NCBI GenBank assembly: GCA_964016885.1
Contig: OZ024743.1
Span: 213,776,001 to 213,840,000 of the forward strand
Direction of reading: 5' to 3'
DNA length: 64,000 bases
From: Eledone cirrhosa
Lineage: Eukaryota
In this document: positions 39,651 to 56,674 of the stretch, one piece after another
How positions within the stretch are numbered: the stretch's first letter is position 1
Layout of the letters: each line of letters starts with the position of its first letter
The notes under the pieces: generated by a model
Databases searched by the model: none
What the model was told of the DNA's origin: nothing
The model's input: the letters and a program-made list of their open reading frames with translations, nothing else
Translations under genes and position numbers: made by a program

Positions 39651-42318
39651 GGACATTATTATTATTAATATTATTATTATTATTCTCTACATTCCTTACA
39701 TCATCCTAAAATATGTTGACAATCTTTTAATAAAATGTCTTCCTTGTGAAATTTGTGGTCTTGTTTCGCTTAACTAATGAATATTTCCAGCTCTGCGCGC
39801 CTAACCCAGCCACCTAGCTGCTTTCCACTGCATATTGCACATTCAGCACATGGCTTTACGCTTTGGTTTCTAACTAATTCATCAATCTCTCCTGTCCTAT
39901 CTCCTCACCTATCTCCATCTCTCTCTTTAAGATTGGTTACTTTTCAACTGTGTCTATATATATATATAGTAATACTGTTGGCTTCTTGCTACAATAAATT
40001 CTATACTTTTCATTTATATTTATACTCGGATTTCTTTCCTAGAGTGCTTAAATTATTTGTGACTAATCCCGGTCTTTTTTTTTTAAAAACCGCGATAATA
40101 TTGCTTTTTGCTGAACTCCTTATTGTAGAGTTATTTTCGGAATGTTTTTGACTGTTGTTTCATGTAAACAAACATTCGTCTCATTCTGACGTCACCAGCC
40201 CTGTTTCCACATGTGCGTTTTATTTTCATAATCACGCATGATGTTAAACTAGCCTGCTTTTAAATTCCCTTTTTGGCATATTATAATCAGTGAGATTTTG
40301 GCTATCGTGTTGAGCTCTGCTGAGGATCGAATTCCAACCGTGACCATCCCCACTGGAAGATTTCGTGAAATAGTCTTTTCAAGACAATACAGAACATTTG
40401 TGGTTGTTCTAAATTGATGGATGAGTATTTTAAACTTTATTTTATCATGAGTTAAGGCACTATTGATTTTTCCCTGGATTTCACAAAATTCTGTTGGAAG
40501 AATCTATATCCTGATTCTTTTTGAATTGAGTTTGAATTATTTTTCCCACTTCCTACGTTAACTATTTTCCCATTTTGACGCTATAGTCACTTATATATCA
40601 TGGAATACTGTTGGCTTCTTTCTACAATAATTTCTATACTTTTCATTTATATATATATATTTCTCATCCGAAAATGTGTGTCGGTGTAGATATTATTTTA
40701 CTTCGGCAGGGGCATGCTGCCAATAAAACCCCACACAAATTTATTTATCTATAATGTACTGCACCCTTTATGGTGAACTGATAGTCTATATTAAAAGCTA
40801 TTTCTTGTGGCAGTTTAGATACGTAACTTTGTCCGTATATTCAAATATTTTCCTTGTTGATATATCTATGCATGCTTGCAGGATTATTTCTCATACAACT
40901 CGGGTTCAATGAAAAACGGACACATCTATATATTAATTTCAACACTGTCAATATTACGTGTGTCATAATTCTCGATTATCATTGGTTCATAGGTTTCAAA
41001 CGACTCCACCCACCTCAACGACGCCAAGCTTAAATTAATATGCATAATGCCAATGAGGGAGTGAGAGGGGAGAATAAGAAACAGAGAGGCAAAGTGAACG
41101 TTATGTTGGATACACTATGTATATGTGTGGAAATAAGAAGGGAAGGAAAGCAATAACTATTAACATGTGTGCGTGTGTATGTACGTGCGCGTATTTTTAT
41201 GTGTGTGTGCGTGCGTGCAGTGTTCCACAGAAAGTAAAATCTATGAACATGTGTGAGTGTGTGCGTGTGTGTAAGTGCACCGGTGCTTGTGTAAGTTTGC
41301 GTGCGTCGCTTCTGATTGCGGTGGTAATAAAACCTCATCATATGCTGCGTCTGGCAAAAAGGTTGGATCCTATGGCCGGCCAGGGCTAGAGTAATATTGA
41401 AAAACGATTCTATTTTCGAAGTAGAAGGATCCGCCATTTGAAGTTCAAACCAGGCCACCTCCCCGTGTTAAACTATGGGCAACATTGACTGTCTATTACT
41501 CAGTGGCTAAGAGCCTGGAAATTACTGAATACATTTTTGTGTCATATAATTTGTTGTTTTATTATTATAGGTGACCACTTATAGATATGCATGTTATCCA
41601 TATCCATATTAATTTGGCATTTGTATAAACCATTTCAAGTAAATATGTACCTTTTTTACAGTGACGGACATCTTTTATATTAATTATTTATATCTATGTC
41701 TACATATAATATAAAAGATTTGAACTTCCATCATCCTTTTGAGAAACGTGGAATAACCACGTCTATGAAATGATACACGTTTTACAGTCAGGCAGAAGAT
41801 GAACCATCTCCTAGAGGTCACTGTTCCAGGTGGGAGCACCTAGAATTGTTCACATACTATGCACAAACGGTAAACGAAGAATCTAGTATATCTGGAAGAT
41901 TTCTTTTACTGTTTTTTGTATCACACAGACACCACGGACTCGCCTCATACTGTAACCAGACAAACATCCAAAACAGTAATTTTCGCTTTTACCTGTCTTC
42001 TCTTATCATCTGTTTACCCGCGCAAAGCTGGGTACGTCAGGTAGTTTCTATTAATGGTTATTTATTTCTATTATTGGTTATTTTTCTTAAACCACACAGG
42101 CAACTATCCGATAAGAAACCCTATGTTAACGATAATAATACCAAACTATTAAAATGTCTCCGTTACACTTTGGGTTTTGAAACTGCCGTAAGGGTAATTT
42201 ATCCCTAAGTAAATATGCTTGTACTGTCATCTCTGTGTGATGTTGTATAAGATACTCTGTATATATATATATATAAAAGAAATAGAATTTCGCTTCAAGC
42301 AGAGCTTTATACAATATG

Positions 42319-42800
42319 TATAAATATTTCGTATCTCCAAAGAAATACAATTTTAGGAAGCCGTAGGTATGCAAATACGGGTGGGGGGGGAGATAACGCC
42401 CTCTGGTGAAGTCCATCAGAAGCAAGGGGGACAACCGTCTATGCATTTCAGGCTTAACTGGCCTTCGCCATGACGGTCCCTCCCACCGCTTGCGACTGCT
42501 GGACTAGAAGACAGCTGAGAATATATACTTTTCTCGTCTGTGTAAATGAGGTGATATGAAAATGAGATTAATCACCTCATTTACACAGACGAGAAAAGTA
42601 TATATTCTCAGCTGTCTTCTAGTCCAGCAGTCGCAAGCGGTGGGAGGGACCGTCCTGACGAAGGCCAGTTAAGCCTGAAATACATAGACGGTTGTCCCCC
42701 TTGCTTCTGCTGGACATCACCAGGGGGCGTTAGCCTCTCGGTGTTTGCATAGCTACGGCTTCCTAAAACTGTATTTCTTTGGAGATACAAAATATTTATA
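42319..42800. repeat. Fold-back palindrome (~235-bp arms) carrying an HHR, TA-flanked
   Basis: Centre 42556-42570; the arms differ at several positions. Confidence 0.92.
42649..42692 (+). ncRNA. Minimal type-I hammerhead ribozyme
   Basis: ACCGTC-CTGACGA-AGGCcagttaaGCCT-GAAA-TACA-TA-GACGGT. Confidence 0.88.
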
Positions 42801-42945
42801 TATATATATAGGAATAAACGCAGTAAATTGTGTGTTTAGAATTACAAGGGTAGAAAGGCCACGTTGGTTTGACGAACATAAACTCTGAATCAAACGGAAA
42901 ATACAAGATAAAATTAAAATGTACTGACCGTTTCAATAACGATTA

Positions 42946-43032
42946 TCTACCGGACAGATTAGAGATTAATCTGTTTCGCTCTGAAAAGTTGTGTTTATAA
43001 CAGATAATCCGGAGGCAGTCCTCAGTGGGAGA
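42946..43032 (-). ncRNA. Type-I hammerhead (GUC site, 7-bp stem III)
   Basis: TCTCCCA-CTGAGGA-..-GAAA-CAGATTA(atctc)TAATCTG-TC-CGGTAGA. Confidence 0.7.
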
Positions 43033-44450
43033 TGACATTATATGCAACGAACACCTATGAGAGTAGGTAAACTAAATAAACATGATGGAATAAAATACCT
43101 CGTCTGTCCGTCATTTAAAGTGGCGTGGGTGGATTGTAAAACGGCTGGAAATAATAGCCTAAATTCACCCAACTTGTTAGCTCGACAACTACGAGACAAC
43201 TTTCAAATAAAATCTAGAGTTATACATTCATATAATACACTCGTAATAATTAAGCTCAAAGTAAAAATACTGAGCATTTTATAATATATATATAGGAATA
43301 AACACATATATTCGTCAAACCAGCGTGGTATTTCTACCTTTGTAATTCTAAACACAATTTACTATGTTTATTTCTATATATATATTGTGAAATGCTCAGT
43401 AGTTTTACTTTGAGCTTAATTATTACAGTGTATTATTATGAGTATAAAACTCTACATTTTATATATATCGATCTCCATTACATTATTTACCTTTGACCAA
43501 CTCATCAAAATACAAAAACAATTCGCTCAAGGCAAGTTATATATAGAGAAATAGCGTATAATCAAAACAATAACATCAATAATAAAATATATATGATAAA
43601 TAGGTAGAGAAGATACAGATGTAAAAAGTAAAAAAGTAAAAGATAAGAAAAAAGGTACAGTAAAAAAGTAACAGAAAAGGGAAAAATATAAAGAAATAGG
43701 GATAAGTGAGAGCATGTAAGTACAGAATATGATAGTGGTGGTGGTGAGTAAGTGTTCGTATAAGGATTCTGTGGCGGGTTTAGTGCTAACATGAAAGTCA
43801 TATTCGAAACATACATAGATACGTGTAGAGAGCCTGATGTAGTGACAGATAAAAGAAAAAGCAATAAATTAGAGATTAATTGGGAGATACTAGTATGAGA
43901 TATAAGGGCTAAGGGTGGATGGTGAAGGGAGGTTTCACAAATGTGTGCGATAAATGTTTTGCTAAATGTTTGATAAATGTTTTGCTGATTGCCTTGTCTT
44001 AATGGGGTTGATGCTGTTTCAGGGAGAGAGGGTGAAAGAGATGTTAAGAGATGTATGATCTAGTGACCAGTTGACAGCTAATAGCGGTGTGATAGTGTGT
44101 ACGCTAAAATAGGGGTGATTCAGTTCTAATTTTGGGATTGCTGGCTCGAATCACGGTGGTTTGAAATTTGTGAACTTGGTAGCTATTTTATACCTACAGA
44201 AAATTGATCTTTCTATTTTGCTGTTAAGCAGCATCTTATCGTACCTTAAAAGGAGAACTATTATTAGATTCGAAAATAGTTACTGGAAACGAAAAAACAG
44301 ACAGAATAGCAGGTAATGGAATTACCGCGAACTCGCTGCCTAACTATGGAAACATCTTGTTGAGTTAAACAAAGCCGTACGTTAATTCTATCCACGACGC
44401 AGAGTACTCACAACCTCTGACTGGATTACCTATAACGATAACTTGTTACC

Positions 44451-44566
<116 letters not shown>

Positions 44567-44579
44567 ATATTTATATATA

Positions 44580-45075
<496 letters not shown>

Positions 45076-45159
45076 ACATATATTTATATATATATTTATT
45101 GGCAGTATAACCTTCCCGAAGTATAATGATATGTTTAACGTGAAGAATCTTGCAAAAAC

Positions 45160-46146
45160 AAATATTGATTATTGATTAGGGGAAACCCGCTGATGAAGCC
45201 TCATGCCCCGATTATGCATTGTTGCATAATATATGGGGACAGAGGGTGCAGTGCATCCTAATGCTGCATTAAGTGTGGCCGAAACTCGAGTTCATCAACT
45301 AATATAGGTACCCGTTTACGTGTGTTGTATTGAAGCGAATAACTATGTATACTCTGGGAGTGTATTTTACATTACCTATTGAGTACACTGAGTTGCAACC
45401 GATCCCAAATTGACCTATGCTGGGTCCGGCAACTTCTTATTATTATTGTCTCCCAACTAGCAGATCGTATAAGTTGTGAAAAAGATTGGTTTACACACGT
45501 GGCTGATCGCTGTGTAACAGCTGTTGGTATTTAATGTTCGGATAAAGGTTTTAGGCACTACCACTGTTACTATCGCAATTTTCTCGCCAAAGGACTTGGA
45601 GACTAGCGCCGAATGGTACCATTCTATTATACAGCGATGTGAGACTGCCTTTTCTAATAACCTAATTTTCACTAACTTATTGATTTAGACACGTTGGTTG
45701 AGAGCTTATGACGGGAAGCTGTCTATTTGATTTCTAATCTCCTGCCATCACGTAAATTTATAAATCCGTACCCGGTCGGGGGACAGCATTGTATCAGATC
45801 CCAGTTGCTAATCACTTTACTGTGTTGGCCTCACAAGCAGTCACAGCCGGCACGGACTGGAGTCGAATTCTGTCGATCGATTTGTTATTGATTAGGCGAA
45901 ACCCGCTGATGATGACTCATGCGCCGATTATGCATTGTTGCATAATACATGCGAGCACAAGGTGCAGTGCACCCTACTGCTGCATAAAGTGGTTCGGGAA
46001 CTAATATCGGTAACCGTTTACGTGTGTTGTATTGAAGCGAATAACTATGTGTATACTCTGGGAGTGTATTTTACATTACCTATTGAGTACGCTGAGATGC
46101 AACCGGTCCTAGCATTGATCTATGCTGGGTCCGTCAACTTCTTATT
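45160..46146 (+). mobile_element. (TA)n-flanked element with direct repeats (~720-bp period) and an HHR-like motif
   Basis: ~45165-45440 repeats at ~45885-46146. CTGATGA at 45190, GAAA-CTCGAG-TT at 45281. Confidence 0.7.
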
Positions 46147-46151
46147 ATATA

Positions 46152-46182
<31 letters not shown>

Positions 46183-48257
46183 GTGTGTGCGTGCGTGTGT
46201 GTATATTCGTGGACCTGTATGTGTAAATGTACATGGAAATCAGTTTCCTTCCCCACAAGTAGAAATAGTAAAGTATTTAACTTGAAAGTGCAGTTGTAGA
46301 CACTGACTTCCTAAAATTATGTTTGTTACCGAATGGTTAATGTTGTTTACTGTAGCTAATGTTGGTTAACAATTTTGCGATACATTCGATTGCTGGTCAG
46401 TGTTTCCGAAAAAGTAAACATATTTTCTCCTAAGTATGTGTCTAGGGACAAATGTCTACGTTCTCTCAAACATTCAGAGAACACATATTTAATTAGTATC
46501 AGAAAACAATGTAAAAGGAGTGCCAATACATTGTGAAATGACACTGAGGATTATGGGATTGTTATTTGGCTCTAAAAGGAAATGGGATTATTTGTTTTGT
46601 TCTCGGTTTCCCTCACTTCTTATATAACCCGTTCAAATAGACCCTCATTTTCTCGATATCTGCTCAGATTGTGTTATCTCCTGCTCTTTCTAATTGTTGT
46701 ACATACTCAAACACTGTCGTCATCAGCAAATACACCCAATCACACATTCCCATGCAACTAGGAATACAACACAAATATGCATACACTGAACTTGATATAC
46801 ACACTCTACCACTAACAAATATACCCCACTTCTATAGACAATCGCACACATTTTTTGACACAAGCAAGTCTTCATCATTTATGAAAAACAGACATTTAAT
46901 GTCACCTACACCTTTTGTTTATATTCACCCACCAGATACCCCATATTTCCCTCAACTAATGATGAATACTACAAAAATCTGTTTTACTCATCACCGAACT
47001 TTCCGAACTTAGCCGAAGAAATCTAACTATAGAAATTTTGGAATAGCGGTTCTTTTCAGGGTGGTGCCTTACTACCACTGTTGCCAATGAACTGACACAA
47101 TTAAAAGAATTTAAGCATTATACATATATATGACTATTATATACTTCGCACATTCTGTTTGCACCTATGTTCACTTCTTTTGTAAATAGCTATCACCGGC
47201 CTCTCGACTACAATTTCTTTCGCCATTGCAGATATTCCCAAAGTCGACGATGATGTAGCTCACCAATCAGTTCCTTATATAGTAGTATATGCTAACAATA
47301 TTTGTAATGTTTATTTTGTAATACGCTTTTTATGACCTGTTTATATACCGTCTAACATTAACAATATTTAATGAATCTTCTTCATCAACACGGTTATTTA
47401 GTAAATTGTCCTACAGAAAGATTGATGAGTCACCCAATAAGAATATATAATATAAAGCAGTAATGATGAACACATCTTTTACAGATTTATACAAAATGCG
47501 CTGGCATCTAAAGAAAATGCATTTTCTCTCACAAATATAATAACATACAATTCCAAGATGAATTTTAAATTTCACCACATCATTCCTAATGCTTTACTTT
47601 CACCTTGGTGTTGTAACTGCAATCTGTATTTCTGCCGAATAGTTGTTGCTGCAATTTTCAATATTAGAGCCGCTAGAATTTTTTCTTTGTTAATATTATG
47701 TTCACTTATATCACATTTGTTCCATCTTTATTTAATGTTTTAGTTTAATAAATTATTTGCTTCTACTAATGACTTTGTGTTTAGAGATATTCTGATAAAT
47801 TTTTGTATGACTTATAATATTTTCCTGTTATAACTATTATTAATTTTGTGTTTGTAATTATATATAGTCTTCTCATTGTTACAATACTTAATGTATGCAT
47901 TTACGTAGAATTGTATTCAGTAATATTTGAAGAGGAGAATATTTGAAAGAAGAAATCTTAGCAAGTATAAAGTTACGCATTAATAACACATTTGATTTAC
48001 AGCCTTATTATAACCACACTGATGTGCACATGTCACCTTTCGACTGGTACTATGTCAGTCAGTAATCAATAGGATATCTCACAAAAACAAGATTCATCGA
48101 ACTTCTCCACTTTTGACGGGGACGTTCTGGCATCGAAATATGAAATACAAGGTAAAAACTATTACTTAGTTTTCCTTACTTCACTCTAGTTTCTACATGA
48201 TATTTCCAATGCGCATTTACTGGCTTTCCTTAGACATTTCGAACCATATATATATAA

Positions 48258-48333
<76 letters not shown>

Positions 48334-48335
48334 AG

Positions 48336-48386
48336 AGCTTCTACAGGACTAGAACTGTTTCATTCGTGAGAAATCATCAAGAAGCT
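48336..48386 (-). ncRNA. Type-I hammerhead, TTGATGA (C3U) variant
   Basis: AGCTTC-TTGATGA-TTTCtcacGAAT-GAAA-CAG..CTG-TA-GAAGCT. Confidence 0.72.
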
Positions 48387-49007
48387 AACTGTCCAAGTAA
48401 AAATGGTGGTATTTATATCTTTTCTGGTAGTAGGAGAGGATGGGGAGTGGGATGGGTGGAGGTCGTTGGTTGAAAGGGAAGGGAATTCTTTAAAAGCTAA
48501 TTCTTTAAAGCTATAATTTATATTTAGAGTGACAAAAGCTGGAAGAATTCTATAAACTAGTTCAAAATGGAATGCCACCCCTTATTTTTAAGTTTCTCTT
48601 AAGCTAACAATGCCTATATGTCAGGTGTTTACAGGATGGATGGAGGTCATGTTTGATGGGTTTAAAGAAGGTTCTTTAAACCATTTTGAACTTGTTTATA
48701 GAATTCTTCCTGCATTTGTCACTCTCAATATAAATTATAGCTTTAAAGAATTAGCTTTTAAAGAAGGTGGTGTGGTAAGGAACAAGATGAACCATAACGC
48801 ACCCGAGTACTCAATACTTAGAGTAGTAGAGTGGGTAATAGGAAAATGTTTAACATTTGCTTGATTGCTATAAAAATATCTTAGAAAATCCCATAGAATA
48901 CATCGACGGAAAAGTGGTGAGAAGCAACATGGACGACGCATCGCACTCCGTTTACCCTATATATATATATTTACCATATATATGTATGTACCATATATAT
49001 ATATATG

Positions 49008-49142
49008 TGTGTGTGTGTAGGAAAATGTTTAACCCCGACGGCAGAGCTCAAGCCGTTTCGACGGTTATTTCTGGACTACCAGGAATAGCCGTCGAAAGGG
49101 CTTGAGCTCTGCCGTCGGGGTTAAACATTTTCCTACACACAC
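49008..49142. repeat. Palindrome built from the 3' half of an HHR family
   Basis: Arms contain GAAA-(C/G)GGCTtgagctc(A/T)GCCG-TC-GGGG; the full-length relative is at 62890-62985. Confidence 0.85.
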
Positions 49143-49155
49143 ACGCACACACACG

Positions 49156-49210
<55 letters not shown>

Positions 49211-49296
49211 CGAAGGAAATGTGGTAAGGAACCAGATGGACCATAACGCACCAAAGTACTCAATACTTAGGGTAGTAGAGTGGGTAATAGAAACGT

Positions 49297-49410
49297 GTAG
49301 GACCCCGACGGCTGAGCTTAAGCCGTTTCGACAGCTAATTCTGGACTCCAGAGTCGAGAGTCCAGAATTAGCCGTCGAAACGGCTTGAGCTCAGCCGTCG
49401 GGGTCCTACT
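49297..49410. repeat. Second palindrome of the same HHR 3' half
   Basis: GTAGGACCCCGACGGCTGAGC..GCTCAGCCGTCGGGGTCCTAC. Confidence 0.85.
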
Positions 49411-49694
49411 CGTTCCTATATATATATATATATATATGTGTGTGGTAAATATATATATATATGGTAAATATATATATATAGGGTAAACGGAGTGCGATGC
49501 GTCGTCCATGCTGCTTCTCACCGCTTTTCCGTCGAAGTATTCTATGGGATTTTCCAAGATATTTTTATAGCAATCAAGCAAGTGTTACCTATATATATAT
49601 ATATATATGTAGGAGGTGAGTTTTATTGTAGTACAATAAAGCAATGCAGATATCGGATAAGAAGCACTCTACAGTTTGTGGGACTGGAGTATGC

Positions 49695-51462
<1,768 letters not shown>

Positions 51463-51468
51463 TATATG

Positions 51469-51559
<91 letters not shown>

Positions 51560-51836
51560 CGCATCGGACTCCGTTTACCCTGTATTCCGGGATTCAAGGC
51601 ATAACGTCTTCGATTCGTTGCACCAGCTGCTGGAGACGTTTGTCTGGTGCTATTTTATCCGATGTTTTAAGCTATTATTTATAGCAATCAACTGTTATTA
51701 CAGCTGTTTATGCGTTTTGGATTCCTACATTTTCTACAAACAATTTCATATTAACTAGCACTCTGATAATTTATATAGAAATTTATTTATATATATATAT
51801 ATTTACCTTCCTTATGCATGTATTTGTATGCATACA

Positions 51837-51961
<125 letters not shown>

Positions 51962-52768
51962 TTATATATAAAACAGAGGATGTCTGTCTGTGTGTCTGTT
52001 TCTCTAAAACTCGAGAAGTACCCAACCGTTTTTTTTCAAACTTTACACATGTAATATTATGGTCCTATTGACCCCATTAGGCGATTTAGCGATCTCTTTC
52101 TCTTTCTCTTAGTCTTTCTCTTTTTAGATAGATACATAGATATGACGTCGCGCCTTCATAATATCTGTCTGTATGCCTGACTGTCTGCATTACGTCATTA
52201 TGACGCGATGAGTGTGTGTGTGTATATATATTCTTATGCCAGGGAACGTCTTCACGAACCAAAGTATCGTCTTCCTGTTTTCCAGATTGATTATTTTAGT
52301 TTAAGAAGATCCCGTTAAGGTTGAAAGCAACGATTCTTTGCTTAAACATTAATATGTTATTTTAATACAGATATTCGTGTACAGATATTTTTGCATACAC
52401 AAAAACAAAATATAAACAAACAAGGCCAAAGATTACATCAGTTAGTCTTAGTGTACTTCATTCTGCTTTTATGTAGAATATCCCGTCAAGGGTGAAAGCA
52501 GCGATTCATTTTCTGCGTTCACAGATTGATTTTTTTTATTTTCAGAAGATTCCGTTAGGTGTGAAAGCAGTGAATCTTTGCTTAAACTTTAATCTGTTAT
52601 TTTAATATATATATATATAATTATATATTCATGGACAGATATTTTTGCATACGCAATAACAAAATATAAACAAACGTATATATTTCACGAGGCTCGAAAG
52701 GATAAATATATATCAAATATATAAGAACCCTAGAGCAAATTCCGAGCAACGGCGGGCCATTCTGCTAG
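51962..52768 (+). mobile_element. Non-autonomous Helitron carrying HHR-family fragments
   Basis: 5' end homologous to 52769; 3' CCGAGCAACGGCGGG..CTAG. ~52230-52700 matches the 54200-54380 family. Confidence 0.7.
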
Positions 52769-53672
52769 TCTATATATATGAAACTGAGGATGTCTGTCTG
52801 TGTGTGTGAGTTTAAATCCCTAAAACTCGAGAACCACCCAAACGACTGTTTTCAAACTTTACACATGTAATACTTATGTTTTATGGAGTGTTCTGAGCAA
52901 AACAAATTTCAAATTTTCAATACCCTAGGGACCGCATTAGGCGATTTAGTGGTCTCTCTCGATAATTCTAAGTCTTTCTCTTTTTAGATAGATACATAGA
53001 TATAACGTCGCGCCCTTATAATATCTGTCTGTATGTCTGGCTGTCAGCATTACGTCACTTCCCTGAAGATGCCTGTCTATGTGTGTGTCTGTGAGTTTGA
53101 ATCCCTAAAACTTGAGAAGTACCCAACCGACTTTTTTCAAACTTTACATGTGTATTACTATGTGTTATGCTCATAAAAAAATTCTACTTTTTGATCCTCT
53201 AGGTGAAAAACTGCGTTTTTTCAGGTTTTTAGGTGTTTTTTGAGTCGTTACGTCAGACTAATTTCCTTAAAATTGTAACTATGTATTAGTCAGTCTCTTC
53301 TTCATACCGTGAGCCAAGAAAATACAACTTTTTTATGGCCTAGGGGCCGGATTAGGTGAACAACTTCATTTTTTCCGCTGTTTAGGGCTTTTTTGAGGCG
53401 TTACGTCTAGTCGATGTTCCCGAAATTTCAAGGCATATTATGCACATAAAAAAAAATCATTTTGTTTATCCCCTACGGTCGGTCCGCATTAGGTGAAAAC
53501 CTGCATTTTTCCTACTTCATCGAGGAAAATCTTAAAGATTATCCAGCCATCAGAGTATTCGGTTTATTTTCTTTACATATTGTCCACGCATTCAGTTTTT
53601 ACACGATTAGGTCTGTCGGCGGCCCGTGTTCCAAAATAACTTATCCCGTGCAACGCCGGGTACCACTGCTAG
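52769..53672 (+). mobile_element. Non-autonomous Helitron, head-to-tail with the previous one
   Basis: 5' TCTATATATAT; 3' hairpin CCCGTGCAACGCCGGG followed by CTAG|T. Confidence 0.8.
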
Positions 53673-54310
53673 TATATATATATATATATATATATATCCG
53701 TGGTTTCCTTTATTGTGCTACCACTAATTAATTATATCCCAGTATACATAATATTGCATTCGCATGCACATACATACACACAGACACGCATCCCCTATAT
53801 ATATATATAGGGTCATTGATATATATATATATATATATAGTAATAATAATAAATTTGAAGACTAAAATCCAAAGATTTATATATATATATATACCTCTGT
53901 ATTTTATTTACTTTATTCATAACTCTGAAGCCGAGAATCATTCGGTTTCCTAGTTAGAATTTTAGTCTACAACTTCAGTTATACCATTTACGTGATTTAG
54001 TCTTTGCGTGCTATTGTTCTCCCCGCTCAACATATGACGTATTATCTTCGTTTTTTCCGTTCATTGCCAGAGAACATCTCTATGAACCAGCTAATAGAAT
54101 ATTAGTCTACGACTTCTTTTATACCATAAACGTGGTTTTGTCTTTGCGTGTAATTGTTTTTCACCGCCCCTATTAGTGACGTATTATATTCGTTTTTTCC
54201 CGTTCTTTGCCAGGGAACGTTTCCACGAACCAAAGTATCATCTTCCTGTCTTCCTCAGGTTGCAACGTGTTTTGAAATGTTTACTTCTGCGTTCACAGAT
54301 TGACTTTGTT

Positions 54311-54361
54311 AGTTTCAGAAGATCCAGTTAAGGGTGAGAACAGCGATTCTTTGCTTAAACT
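54311..54361 (+). ncRNA. Hammerhead family with CAGAAGA core (mutated copy)
   Basis: AGTTT-CAGAAGA-TCCAGTTAAGGGT-GAGA..TTGC-TT-AAACT. Relatives at 52298, 52539, 59790, 60848 and 61149. Confidence 0.55.
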
Positions 54362-54377
54362 TTAATCTGTTATTTTA

Positions 54378-54437
<60 letters not shown>

Positions 54438-55275
54438 CACTGACCCTGAGTGCTTAGTATGTCAACCTACATCGTGCTTCGTCTTTTGTAGCTGACTTAT
54501 TTGTATGCAGATATATCTCTAATATTTTTATTTATTTATTCTTGAAATAGTTGAAAGTGTGTTTTTCTGTAAGATAGCATGTAATGCTGTATAAGCGATA
54601 CAATGTGTATCTGAAACTAAACATTATATTTGCTTTTGCTTTAAATATATATGTATGTTATCCTTAATAGGCAATTTTGCGAATATCTATTTGAAATATC
54701 GTTTGCTGTTATTTTCTTTTATTTCATTTTAAAGCTCTGCTCTCCTTAAAAAAAATTTACAACTGATTTAAATCTTTCCAGATTGAAAATTTACATCTCG
54801 CTTAATTTCGACGGAAACTTTATTCAAAATCTCTTTAATTTCATCATTGCCATGATAATCATCATCATCGTCGTCGTTGTTGTCGTTATTTTCTTCGTTG
54901 TAGTCGTTGTTGTTGTTATTATTATTAATGAGTCTTTTACGAATGAGGATTTTTTTTCAATGAAATAGTTTTTTGTTTCGAGAAGTTCGTTCATGGAATA
55001 TACATAACCTTTCTCTTGCATTCGATTTTAATGCAAGTAATTAAAATAAAAGACCTGAATAAATAAAACTATCGGATATGAGAACAAAAAGCAAACATAT
55101 AGAACTAGTAGAAAAATATTTGTAATGCTGATTTATTACTAGAAACTGGTTTGACGTAATAAAATACACATCAATTTCAAATACTCACATTAAGTAAATA
55201 CACACACATACAAAACAACAGACACACACATATATATATATGTATATACACGCATACAGACACAAACACGTATAT

Positions 55276-55314
<39 letters not shown>

Positions 55315-55599
55315 CACAATCATATAAGTATATATATATATACATATATATTTATGTATTTGTGTGTGTGTGTGTGTGACGATTTGTCTTGCTTGGTATA
55401 TAAAACGAATTACAATACCACAGGAAATAGAAAAAATTCTATTTACATATTCATACACTTTACTTTAATTGTGCTTTTATATTGCCGTCACTCAGATTTA
55501 TTTTCATTAAGTCATTGTACACTGACTTTATTAAAGAGCTGAACAATAAAGCACAGCACATACGTTCAGACACAAACACGTACACACTCATGTGCTCCT

Positions 55600-56395
<796 letters not shown>

Positions 56396-56614
56396 TTCAT
56401 AGGAAATATATTTCTACTATGAATAACAGATGTAGAATTATGGGAAAAACGAAACGAAAACGCATTGATATAAAAGAGTATCGTTAATAATACGGATATG
56501 TATGCTGTTATTCAAACATACACACACTTATACTAAAATGTAAAGCTGGAAACGATAATTGTATTCAAATCCCACTTACATACATACAAGTAGACAGAGC
56601 TTACAAACTATTAA

Positions 56615-56674
<60 letters not shown>

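Noticed and set aside
41030-42208. ORFs of 90-142 aa in less repetitive DNA
   Set aside because: No recognisable domain; they run through GT/CA repeats.
47008-47050. CCGAAGA..GAAA motif
   Set aside because: Stems I and II do not pair.
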